DNA from: Eledone cirrhosa
Taxonomy: Eukaryota
Direction of reading: 5' to 3'
Assembly: GCA_964016885.1 (NCBI GenBank)
Contig: OZ024742.1
Location: 92,318,001 to 92,382,000, forward strand
Length of the DNA stretch: 64,000 nt
The notes under the pieces are model-generated. The model saw only the letters and a program-made list of their open reading frames with translations. It was not told the origin of the DNA and ran no database searches. This document shows, piece after piece, positions 1 through 11,225 of this stretch. Made by a program: the position numbers and the translations under genes. Each line of letters begins with the position of its first letter. Within the stretch, counting starts at the first letter, position 1.

Positions 1-743
1 ATTAAGTAGACAGGTAATCAAAGACTTTCCAGCCATGACTATCCCATCTATTTTAACATGAGATAAATAAAGATGTACTACTACATTATCCAGTGTGTTC
101 TTCCACTATCTCGACTGTAATTTCATTACTTTAGACGGTAAATTGGCAGAGTTGTTAGAGCGTCGGACTAAATGCCGCGGTATTTCTTCCGGCTCTCTGC
201 GCTCTGCTTTTAAATCTCATCAAGGTCAAATCCTCCTTTCCTCCTTTCGTGATCAATAAATACAGCATCAGTATAGATACAGGGGATTGGTAGAGTTGTG
301 AAAAAATCGGGTGGGATGCTTTACCGCACCGTATTCAGTTCTGTGCATACTGTAATGAAAATCATTATGTAATGATCAGACCAATGTACCATAGTTTCAT
401 TGATCTGATATTATGATCGGATTCCCCCTTTTCTCCCTTTTCTTCGTCTCGTGGTTGATATTTCTAGCAGGCTGGGTGACCTCAGTAATTTATTTTTATA
501 GGTGCTGGAATGATAAAAGCAAATTTTTCCTCGGAAGGATTTAAACTCAGAACGTAAAAGTCCGTAAATTGATTACTGCAGAGAATTTTGTTTGATGTTC
601 TCACAATTTTGACAATCCACCGACCTGAGACACTCATAATAAGACGGCAATATCCAGTGAGGTTTTTCTCAGGTTCACTCTACAGAGTCTATTTAGACAG
701 TGTAGCTGAATGTTTGTTTAATAAAACTTATATTTGTGAACGT

Positions 744-1066
744 GAAGGCGTGTGGCATTGTGTTTAGGGAATTCGGCTCACGATCGTAAGGTCATGAGTT
801 CGATTTCCGGCGGCGCGTTGTGTCCTTGAGCAAGACACTATATTTCACGTTGCTTCAGTTCACTCAGCTGGCAAAAAATGAGTTGAACCTGTAATTCGAA
901 AGACCAGCCTTGTCACATTCTGTGTCACGCTGAATCTCCCAGAGAACTACGTTAAAAGTACGCGTGTTTGTGGAATGCTCAGCCACTTGCACGTTAATTT
1001 CACGAGCAGGCTATTCCGTTGATCAGATCAACTGGAACACTCGTCGTTGTGACCGACGGAGTGCCT
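744..1066 (+). mobile_element. tRNA-derived SINE, family A
   Basis: A-box-like TGGCATTGTGTTTAG and B-box-like GAGTTCGATTTCC, followed by body TGTGTCCTTGAGCAAGACAC...GAGAACTACGTTAA...TTAATTTCACGAGCAGGCT. Homologous copies at about 13400-13730, 14575-14808, 17445-17690 and 58373-58675. Confidence 0.8.
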
Positions 1067-1884
1067 TCCATTCCATTTGTGAACATATGATGGCTGTTAG
1101 TCCTAGATCAGCTCTGATTTTAAGACATACCAGTCTTGACGATCACGTTTGTTTTTTAAATAGAAAATATTTGTTGCTTGAAGATGTGGCTGCTATTTCT
1201 AGCAAGTTGTGTGGCTAATTATTTGGTGATGGTACTAAACCGGATGGTTTTGTCAGAAGTAAGTCAGCATTCATGATGTTTCCGCGAGGTTTCTGAGATT
1301 GGTGAATGAATGGAGAAAGTTTGTCATGTGGTATCCTCATTCCGAAGATCTTGTCAGGATTGATTGCAATAAAGTGGGCTCCAATAAAGGCAACCAAGGT
1401 TACGTGTTGGTGTTAAACAGCTGGATAGATTCAGTCTATCTCTCAATAAACTTTACTAATCCTGTTTCTTTTGTTTCATGACTTTTCTTTCTTTTTACTG
1501 TTTAAGAGGAGGAAAGAGAAGTTCCCATGAATCTTTTAAGAGCCTCCGAGGCTCGTGGAAGAGAAGGGAGAAAACAAAAAAAAATAAAAGTGAAAATGCT
1601 TGCAACAGAATTGATACCTGTAAAAACACCGAAGGACAAGTTGGTGGAGTCCAACCGGACGATGGATTAAGTCTGCCAACAAAGTAGACCACAGTAAAGA
1701 ACTGGAACAAATGCTGCAAACATTTTGTCCAAACGATTCTATCAATAAAGGAAGAGGATAAAAAATATTTCTTGTAGCTTCATTATTATTGTTTTATTTG
1801 TTTTGTTTCTTTGTTCTTTTTTGAGAATGGGGATTTTTTTATAGTTTTTAAAATAGTTTTTATCTATTTTTTAAATAATTTTTT

Positions 1885-2110
1885 TATAACTTACTCAGAG
1901 GAGGAAATATAACAACCATGACCTTTTTTTGTGCGTGTGGGTCAGAGGAAGTGTCAATAATTATGACCTTGACCCTTTGTATAATTTACAGGAGGAAAGT
2001 CAGTAGTCATGAACGCTTGTAGAATTTATTCAGCAGGATCTTTTTTAAAGTTGGCCTTTTTGTATAACTTAGACAGAGGAGGAAATTCAACGGTCATGAC
2101 CTTTTTGCTT
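1885..2110 (+). repeat. Degenerate tandem repeat, 3-4 units (ATAACTTA..CAGAGGAGGAAA...CATGACCTTTT)
   Basis: Motif recurs near 1887, 1940-1980, 1981 and 2065. Confidence 0.55.
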
Positions 2111-2847
2111 TATTTTTTCAGAGCCTACAAGACAGGTGGAGGCTTGGCATCAATGGCGCAACAGGATGGATAGCACGAAAATTATCCAACCAGGTCTCAG
2201 ATTAAGTCCGCTAAAAAGAAAAAAAAAAAGAAATGATTCCGAAGTCACACTTTGACTTACATTTTCGGATACCAGGTTTCTCTCACAAGGCTTTGAATGT
2301 CTCGAAGATACGATAAAAGATACTAGCACAAAGTGCTCGGCTGTGGATCAAACAGCAAACCAAGTAGCTTTAAAATTTCTTGACCACACAACTATACCCG
2401 TAGCAATATGCCAATTGTAGTACAAATTCAAGTGGCTGAAGGGCAAGTACTGTATGATGCAACTAGTGAGTTATCAATGTCTGTTTGTGTCAGTTTACGG
2501 AGTTCATGAATGGACATTGATCTATAAAAAAACGTAAATGTAATCTCTTATGATTTTCTCTGTACAAATAGAATATCATGTGTTTATACTTTTTTCATTT
2601 TCACAGCGACGCTTATGAATTTTTTACATGTAGTAAAATATATCATGGACTAAAATATATCTTGGGTATTCTAATAGAGATTGTGTGGAAAATGATAATG
2701 TTTTCTACCGTAAGCATAAGGCCATGAATTTTGGACTGGTTCTTATTTCCTCGATCCCGAAAGGGTGTGAAAAGCAAAGAGTATTCTGAAGAATTTTGAA
2801 CTCATGTGGTAAAGATACATTGTCGACTTAAATGATTTCTTTAATAA

Positions 2848-5043
2848 CAAGGGGCAACAAAAAAATGTTTTTGTCTGGTGCCTGGAATATTTCAACGAAT
2901 TCTTAAGTGATTTTGCTAAATTGAAAAATAACTTCAGTTTTTCTCTATCAGGTCTAGTTTTCTGACTAGACCTGATAGAGTAAGCATTTTATTCATACAA
3001 GAGGCATATAATATAAATCAATGAAGAGAGCGTAACACAAAACAAAACAAAGTACAAATAAAAATTAAAAATTCAAAATGCACATTGGCAAAGATTTGGG
3101 GCAGAAAATTCAAGGAATTAATTTACTCTCCTTTGTGCACCGTGAATGTTGGGCAACAGGAGTATCTCGTTTTAAATACCAGTAATAGTCTGCCATCATC
3201 ACAGCGTCCCAACGTCCTTGGTACCGAGTTTCCATCTCCTTGATGTCCTGATGGAATTGTTCACCTTGTTCATCGCTAACATCTCCGATATTTTCAGGAA
3301 AATGATCAAGATGACTAAAAAGATAATGCATTTTGATGCTCATATTCGCGCCAATATCACGAAAAGTTGATATCAAGTTGGTAACAAGGTCTTTATAGTT
3401 TTCACTTTTGTGTTTCCCAAGGAAATTTTGCACTACTTCTGCAAAGGCTAGCCAAGCTGATGCTTCATTTTCGCTATTCGTTTTCACGAAATTTGTGTAA
3501 TTCAAGAGCTTACGAATTTGTGTTCCATCAAAAATCCCTGCTTTAAGTTTTTCAATCGTCAAGTCTGGAAATACACTGTAGATATACTTGAAGCACACCC
3601 CATTTTTGTCAAGAGCTTTGACGAATTGCTTGATCAATCCGAGACTGATTTGCAAAGGGGGAAAAATGACCTTATCTCGCTCAACTAAAGGTTCTTCCAA
3701 TATATTGGCAGCTCTACATGGAGCCATATTTGTTCGAGGCGGCCAGTCTTTCTTCACATAGTGGTTTACTCGGTCTCTACTCTCTCACATGCAAAGAAAG
3801 CACAGGTATTTGGTATAACCAGATTGCTGTCCCATGAGAAAATTCACCATCTTTAAGTCAACGCAGATGACCCATTTATGATCATGATACAGTATCTTCT
3901 CTAAAACCAACTTAATTTCTTCATATTTTTCCTTCAGAGTTGTTGAGTGGCCGAGTGGGACAGAGCCATACACATTTCCGTTATGCAACAATACACACTT
4001 TAAACTACGCTTAGAGCTGGCTATGAAAAAACGCCATTCTTCTGGTTTGTATTCTTCAATGCCAAATTTATTAAGAAGCCCACTGACATCCCTGCAGTAA
4101 ACCAACTCTTCCTCTTTTGTGAAGAAAGAAAGGAACTCTTTATGCCGACTCCGATAAAAGGTTATACAGACACCATTCTCTAGAAGATTCTTCTCTTTCA
4201 GTGGGGAAGCCAACAGTTCTGCAGAATGTTTTGGGAGGTTCAAGTTACGAACTAGATCATTCAGCTCTACCTGGGAGAATAGCTGAGGTAAAGTCTCAAC
4301 TGAAAAGTCTTGATCTCTAGTGTCATCTTCAGGTGATGAATCTTCTTTGGTTGTAGGTAAAATTATCTGAGGCAAGACATCGAAGACAGGAACAGGAAGC
4401 TCTTCACTGTGTGGAACCGGTCTAATAGCAGAGGCAAGATTAGGATAGACAAGCGTTTGTCGATTTTTCCGGTTAATGCCCTTCAAATTTAGGTTACAAA
4501 AATAGCAGACGTCCATATGATTTTAGGGCTCCCGCCATACCATTGGTATAGCAAACCTCATACTTTTCCTTGTCCCTTTAGTCCATTGTCACAAATGTTC
4601 TGTACATTGTTTGCAGACACAATGCGGTGCCCAATATTTATCTTGGTCTCCCAGCTTGACCTCAAAATATGCCATATGCGCTCTTTCAACAAAACCAGTG
4701 ATGTTTTTTCGATTTTCAGGTAATGTGTATTCTCCACAAACATAATAAAACACATTTGGAGAATTAACGCAACACTTTCTTGAAGAGGACATCTTGCTCA
4801 TTTTCTGTTGCTTAGTTCACCACAACATCTAAAAAGTATGGTAAAAGAAAAACTTAGAATTAGAATAAGGTACGGAACATTGCGTACTGGACGTACACAC
4901 ATACATAGTGACTATAGGGATGTTCAATAACTTAAAAACTAGATCTTATAGGTCAAAAAGAAGGTTATATTTGGATTCAGGAGAGAGATTTTGTATAGGA
5001 ATGATGCCTATTTCCTAAACAACAAAAACCTTGTAGATCAGTG
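2848..5043 (-). mobile_element. Full-length Chapaev3-type (CMC superfamily) DNA transposon
   Basis: Imperfect TIRs CAAGGGGCAACAA (2848) and TTGTAGATCAGTG (ending 5043). TAA on both sides (2845-2847, 5044-5046) as a 3-bp TSD. Transposase inside. Confidence 0.8.
3110..4801 (-). pseudogene. Chapaev3-type DDE transposase, one reading frame of 564 codons with three in-frame stops
   Basis: ORFs 4801-4589, 4516-3785 and 3757-3110 are all in the same frame. Stops at 4589-4591 (TGA), 4523-4525 (TAA) and 3785-3787 (TGA). Motifs: N-terminal Cys/His zinc-finger region (APHCVCKQC, DVCYFC), YPNLASAIRPVPH, ICVDLKMV, SDEQGEQFHQDIKEMETRYQGRW. Confidence 0.85.
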
Positions 5044-5947
5044 TAATAGATGCTGAAAGTGGAAATCTATAATATCGAAGGTGTATATTTCGTGTAAAAT
5101 GTTGGTTACTCTGGAAAGGGGATAGTAAGAATGAATGAGTGTGTGTGTGTGGCAAAGAGAGAGAGAGAGGGGGCGGGACAGTGTGATGGTAGTAGCAATG
5201 CCAAAAAACATTTGTATATACTACTGTTTCTCGGAGGGGCAAAGCTTTTCAGTCGCCTCTCCTATATATATATATATTTAAAATGTGACATTAGTATTTG
5301 GTCGTTGATTCTAATTATCAACTAATTTCCACGGGGATAGTTAGTATGTATAAATATTGGACATATTTGCATATACGTTAGACGAGGAATAGCAGCGCCC
5401 CTCAATATTTTCATGACCTCCATCACTGGTTTTCTCAGAGTTTCCACCTATCAAATTTCTCTCACACTGCTTTCATCGATCCGAGACTATGTTAGAAGAC
5501 ATTAGTTCAGGTCTAGTCACGCTGTACGATCGAATTCAAAATCCCATGAGTGTGAAGCGAACACCTTAACCACGTAGCTCTACGTTGTGAAATGGTAACA
5601 AGTGTCGGAATTTAGTGGATGGGGTGGCCAAAATATTGGCTTACTATTATTAAAAAGATAGATATATTTATGATACAGTATGTTATAGTCCCCATGCAGG
5701 GTGGCGATCTCTCGTCGGCCAATGCTCCACAGGGAGCAAAGAAAAACTGGTAAAAAAGAAGAGGAAAAAGTTCTACATTGCCATCTACAAAAACCTGATT
5801 TGGGTTTATATAAGACCGATCAGTACCTAATATGCTCTATCTGTTAAAAGAACTCAGAGGGAAGCCTATTATATAGTAATTGACTTCCGTTGAATAATTA
5901 ACTCCAAACCTAATGAGACAGTCACCATAAAACAACATAAGTCGATT

Positions 5948-6370
5948 AATAATAATAATATGCCAGACCAGGTGGTTTTTGACAAGAAAAAAAGATCTTG
6001 CTTAATTATAAATATAGATTGCCCCTTTGACACAAGAGTGCAAGAAAATGAGGAGAAAATTAAACGGTACCAGGATTTAAAGTGGGAACTGAAAAAGATT
6101 TGGAACTGTCGTGAGGTCAAGGCCGTCCCCATCGTCATAGGATCACTATATACTATCTCGAAGAGCTTCCAAGGCTAGTTAAAGAACGTTAGCCCAATCT
6201 CCTTGTTGGGAACACCCAAGGAGGCATGTCTACTGGGAACAGCAAAAGCCCTCCGATATGTCCCGAATATCTGAGGCTGCAGGTGGCGGCTTAATGTTCA
6301 TTAGGGCAAATTTTCCAGTTAAATAACAACAATAACTAAGATATCAAAGTTATAATAATAATTATTATTA
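5948..6370 (+). mobile_element. 3' fragment of R4/Dong-type RLE LINE
   Basis: Translation PDQVVFDKKKRSCLIINIDCPFD...KIKRYQDLKWELKKIW...VPIVIG matches the restriction-like endonuclease of the element at 36940-37257. (AAT)n on both sides. Confidence 0.8.
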
Positions 6371-6561
6371 TCTCTACTATAGGCACAAGATCAGAAATTT
6401 GGTGAGAGGGAAATCTCGATTAAATCGACCCCAGTGCATTACTGGCGCTTTATTTTATCGACTCCGTAAGGATGAAAGGCAAAGCTAACCTCGGCGGATA
6501 TGAACTCAGAACGTAAAGGGCCGTAATTCTCTGTCGCCAAACAGGATGTCCGATGCTCTAC
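6366..6561 (-). mobile_element. tRNA-derived SINE, family B
   Basis: Reverse complement has TTCTGAGTTCATATCCGCCGAGGTTAGCTTTGCCTTTCATCC...GATAAAATAAAG...CTTGTGCCTATAGTAGAGATAATAAT. Confidence 0.8.
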
Positions 6562-6960
6562 AATGTTTTACTCACCACAAGTGCCGGCGTAGCGGGGACG
6601 GTAAAATAGGCAGGGATAGAGGGGGGGGGGGCGTTACAATAAAATCGAGTAAAATAACTTAACAAATAACAATAAACAAAAGAATTACAACAATGAAAAT
6701 TTCCCAATAGGGGAGGACCACCCAGGGGCAACTCGGGAACCTCGCCAATCCTGAACCACCCGACGCTTGTAGGGCACCCCTCTCTTCCTCAAATTAACCA
6801 TTTCTGGATGAGAGTGGCTACCCCGATCATAACCTCATCCCAATTCTTATCCGAACCATACGCCAAGCTGGTCCCGAGCTGCAAGCCCGCAGGCCTTTTC
6901 GGGTTTAGTTTTGCTCCCTTCAACCTTTTGTATTCCTCCAAACAGGTGCCTGGGAATTTC
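6562..6960 (-). mobile_element. Internally deleted Tx1-clade LINE remnant (3' end plus ORF2 piece)
   Basis: AATGTTTT..ACCACAAG and TTCCCAATAGGGG match the 3' UTR of the element at 29014-29160. 6870-6930 translates as ...AKLNPKRPAGLQLGT, matching INQEKSVGLQLGT in ORF2. Confidence 0.65.
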
Positions 6961-7070
6961 AAGTATTAATACTGGGGTGACGATGGGGTAGGATAGACAT
7001 TAAAAGAACAAAAAGACAAATTACAAAAAGCGGCGGGGCGCTTACATGAAGTATGATAGGAAAACGACAA

Positions 7071-7401
7071 AATAATAACAATAATAATGTCGATGGTGGT
7101 GATGTTCGTGATGTTGTTGTTGGTGGTGGTGGTGTTGGTGGTGGTAGTGGCGGTGGTAGTGGTGGTTGTGGTGGTGGTAGTGGTGGTTGTGGTAGTGGTG
7201 GTGGTGGTGGTGGTGGTGGTGGTGGTGGTGGTGGTAGTGGTGGTAGCGATGGTGGTTGTGGTGGTGGTGGTGGTGTTGTTGTTGGTGGTGTTGGTGGTGG
7301 TGGTGGTGGTGGTGGCGATGGTGGTGGTGGTGGTGGTGGTGATAGTGGTGGTGGTGTTGGTAGTGGTGGTGGCGATGGTGGTGGTGGTGGTGGTGGTGTT
7401 G

Positions 7402-7433
<32 letters not shown>

Positions 7434-7627
7434 GGTGGTGGTGGTGTTGGTAGTGGTGGTGGCGATGGTGGTGGTGGTGTTGTTGTTGTTGGTGGTGTTG
7501 GTGGTGGTGGTGGTGGTGGTGGTGGTGTTGGTAGTGGTGGTGGCGATGGTGGTGGTGGTGGTGGTGATAGTGGTGGTGGTGGTGGTGGTGTTGGTAGTGG
7601 TGGTGGCGATGGTGGTGGTGGTGGTGG

Positions 7628-7664
<37 letters not shown>

Positions 7665-7877
7665 GGTGGTGGTGGTGGTGGTGGTGTTGGTGGTGTTGTT
7701 GGTGGCGGTGGTGGTGGCAGTGGTGGTAGTGGTAGTGGTGTTGGTAGTGGTGGTGGCGATGGTGATGGTGGTGGTGGTGGTGGTGGTGGTCTCTGTGGTG
7801 GCGATGGCAACAGTAGCAGCAGCAGTAGTAGTAGTGGTAAACGTAGTAGTAGTAGTAGTAGCAGGAGGAGGAGGAGT

Positions 7878-7909
<32 letters not shown>

Positions 7910-7912
7910 TAG

Positions 7913-7944
<32 letters not shown>

Positions 7945-7949
7945 GTAGT
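7071..7949. repeat. Compound trinucleotide array: (GGT/GTT)n with higher-order units, then (AGT/AGC)n
   Basis: Unit GTTGGTAGTGGTGGTGGCGATGGTGGT recurs about five times. It accounts for the poly-Pro/Gly/Thr/Val ORFs. Confidence 0.95.
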
Positions 7950-9307
7950 TTGAAACATGGAGATAGCATACATGCATACATAATATAGTAAATGAGACGT
8001 TATGAAAGGTCAAGGGCAAAAGGCCAGTGGAAATAGATTATCATGTTTGCTTATGACGGTCCAGCAACCCTTTTAATTACATCCCCAGCCCCAACTTCCA
8101 GCCCCTCGGACCTTTAATTGGATTTCCTGTTGCTTTATTATTATTTTTTTCAACCGTTTGATCATGAGCCTGTTTCCGGTTCAGAACAGTTTTTGCAATA
8201 TTGCAAATGACTTTAAAAAGGGTAACGTAAATAACTTTCTCCTAGACCACCCAGCTATATCATAGAGGCAACAATAGATAGACGCATTCGATAAAACTGT
8301 TGGACTACCAACCTAGGCATTTCTAGACGTGCATTAGGAGAATCGTTAAAGCGCCGTGTTCCGACTCGCTTTGGGTTTAATTCACTCCACGGTCAACCCT
8401 AATGCCATTTTGGGGTCGATAAATAAAGTGCTTATCCAGAGACGGTAGATTGGTGAAATTGTTAAAGAGTTAGTCCGGCGGCATGCTTTGTGGTATCTAA
8501 ACTGACTCTGTTACATTCGTCTTCTTATGCCAAATGTTGCAAGTGGCAGATAGTATCAGCAATGGAAAGATCAATGGAAACATTATTTCTTTGATTCGAT
8601 TTAAAGATTGGCTCTTTTTCTCTCCCCCCCCCCCAGCCTACATAGTTGCAAGCAGCCCTGTGTCAACCAATAAGGCAACATGTTTAGGCCCTCAATTAAG
8701 GAGGGACACTATAGAGAATTTTTCCCGTACAGCATATTGGAGTTTGTTCCATAAACAATATATCAGAATACTATAACAGAATGTTTAATATGTATTGCTT
8801 AACCAAAGATTTTATCCTGAACGACCGGCTCGTAAATTAACGTGTGGGTATTTGACACGTCTAGCCTTAACGTAATTTCCAAGTAAAATAATTGTGACAC
8901 AATATGTGACAAGGCTGAACTTTTAAATTGCAGGTAGAATCTATGAGACGGCTTTCACAGTTTCCGCCTACTTAATTTCACTCACAAAGTTATTGTAAAG
9001 TCATTTGCCCAAGATTCCATTGTGCGGTATAGACGAACGCGGAGACTCATGATTGCGAAGTGAAGTCCTCAATCACTTAGCCATTCTGCGTTCACATATA
9101 TTGACATAGCAGCACACCAGCATGCGTCGAATATTAAGATCATTTTGAATTCTATCATAAGTGCAATTTATATCTCCTCCGAGAGTTTTGATTTCCCGGA
9201 GACGTGACTAAATCATCAAATTTCTAACACAAGTGTTTACTTTGTAATTCAATTATTCAACACAACCCTTAAATTATAAACCCTTAGTGTGAGGGATCAA
9301 GAAATAT

Positions 9308-9487
9308 AATTGTTTCTACTTTAGGCCAGCAATTACCTAGACTGGTACTTTATTTTATCTGGTACTTTATTTTATCGACCCTGTAAGGATGAAAGGCAAA
9401 GTCAACCTCGGCGGGATTTGAACTCAGATCGTAAAGGGACGTAACTATGCTGGAAAGCATGGCGTCCGACCCTCTACCGATACTGCG
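9308..9487 (-). mobile_element. SINE family B, short young subfamily
   Basis: Near-identical in reverse to 55836-56016. Contains a small internal duplication of CTGGTACTTTATTTTAT. Confidence 0.85.
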
Positions 9488-9749
9488 AAATATAATGAAA
9501 TGATTTAATGTGGAATTTTCCTGAAGGCTTCATTTCTACTGAACTTATATGACAGAACATTATTTAAATGCTTTCTGATACAAACACCCTTTCTACTATA
9601 AATTCATACTACTCAAATCTTTGAATAGATGTTTCTGATTGTTATTTCATTGATCTGCGAACAATGGTAATACAGGCAGATTGCGATAAAATTTAAGCAT
9701 ATAACTTTTGGATTCTAATTCTTCTATCTATATGAGCGTGCACACACAT

Positions 9750-9896
<147 letters not shown>

Positions 9897-9953
9897 GATG
9901 TGTGCATGTAAAAAGTAAACAGAAATAACAAATAAAACACCACAATGAAGAAA

Positions 9954-9985
9954 AACGTTTCGGATACTAGTCCTTCATCAGAAGA
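9954..9985 (-). ncRNA. Degenerate minimal hammerhead motif (PLE-type)
   Basis: Minus strand CTGATGA-AGGACTAGTATCC-GAAA-CGTT. Stem I is not reconstructable. Confidence 0.4.
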
Positions 9986-10005
9986 TAGAATGAGAAATAA
10001 TAAAA

Positions 10006-10190
10006 TAATTGTTTATACTTTTTGACACAAGGTCAGCAATTATGCCAGTGCATTACTGGTACTTTATTTTATCGACCTCGTTAGGATGAAAGGCAAATTT
10101 AACCTCGGGGATTTGAACTCAGACCATAAAAGAGCGTAACTCTGTGCTGCAAAGCATGGCGTCTGACCCTCTACTGATAATGCTAATCCA
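10006..10190 (-). mobile_element. SINE family B
   Basis: Same body as 9308-9487 and 42270-42456. Confidence 0.85.
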
Positions 10191-10275
10191 ACAGAAAGAT
10201 AAAGAGTGAGAAGAGACAGGAACGGGGAAAAATGAGGAAAAAGACGTAAGCGTATTCAGTCAGCCATTTTGGATG

Positions 10276-10344
<69 letters not shown>

Positions 10345-10990
10345 GGCAATTGTGTAACTAGAGTTACAGATGGTTCGCCGTTCTCCGAAGTGTCGGACTC
10401 CGGTCTTTATTTTTGTAGCCTGAGCTGATCGATATTGAAACGATTGTAATATGCCAATAAAATGTATATATATGCTTTAACAGTGTCTTCGATTGTACTT
10501 ATTTTTATGTACATACATACACATATATATAAATACACACACACACATATAGGGGGGGGGGGCTTTAATGGAATGATAGCCTCACTATAACTTATTGAAA
10601 TGTTTGTGAACGAGTGAAGCGATACGTAATGTATTTACTGAAATATAATGTTTTGGCATACAAAAAGAGAGAACTATTTAAAAATGCAATAACCCTGAGG
10701 CGTCATCTGCATGATAGACTATAGTAAAATGGCTGTCAATATTCGGAGCATGAAAAACTAACAATAAAGAGAAAAACTGGGAACAAATATGTAACGAAAA
10801 AAAAAAGGATATTTCTGAATGTCCAACATTACCTTTTGTTAGGAAGAAACGAATCTATAAAATCGTATCTCTGCAGAAACAGTACAGAGTTTAACCGAAG
10901 CTACGAAAAATGTGTATGTAAACACATATTTATAAATGTAGACATGTAAACATGTCTTATTTGCGTATAGTCAACTGATTAAGAATTTTG

Positions 10991-11135
10991 AGGGCGGTGA
11001 ATTGACAGAGTCGTTAGAAGGGCGCATAGAATGGCTTGTTGTATTCGTTCTAGCTCTGTGCTCTGAATTCAAACCCGCCAAGGTCAAATTTGCTTTTCAT
11101 ACTTTCAAGATCGATAATAAAAGTACCAGTCTAAT
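10991..11135 (+). mobile_element. SINE family B (older, 3'-truncated)
   Basis: GGCGGTGAATTGACAGAGTCGTTAG...CTGAATTCAAACCCGCCAAGGTC...GATAATAAAAGTACCAG. Similar older copies at about 133-290, 470-622, 12488-12670, 13053-13268, 47570-47690, 61730-61905 and 62130-62270. Confidence 0.7.
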
Positions 11136-11152
11136 ACTGATTCTCTCTCTCT

Positions 11153-11225
<73 letters not shown>

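Noticed and set aside
6959-8019. Long poly-Pro/Thr/Gly/Val ORFs resembling extensin, formin or mucin
   Set aside because: Open in several frames on both strands because GGT/ACC repeats lack stops; no unique coding flanks or splice evidence.
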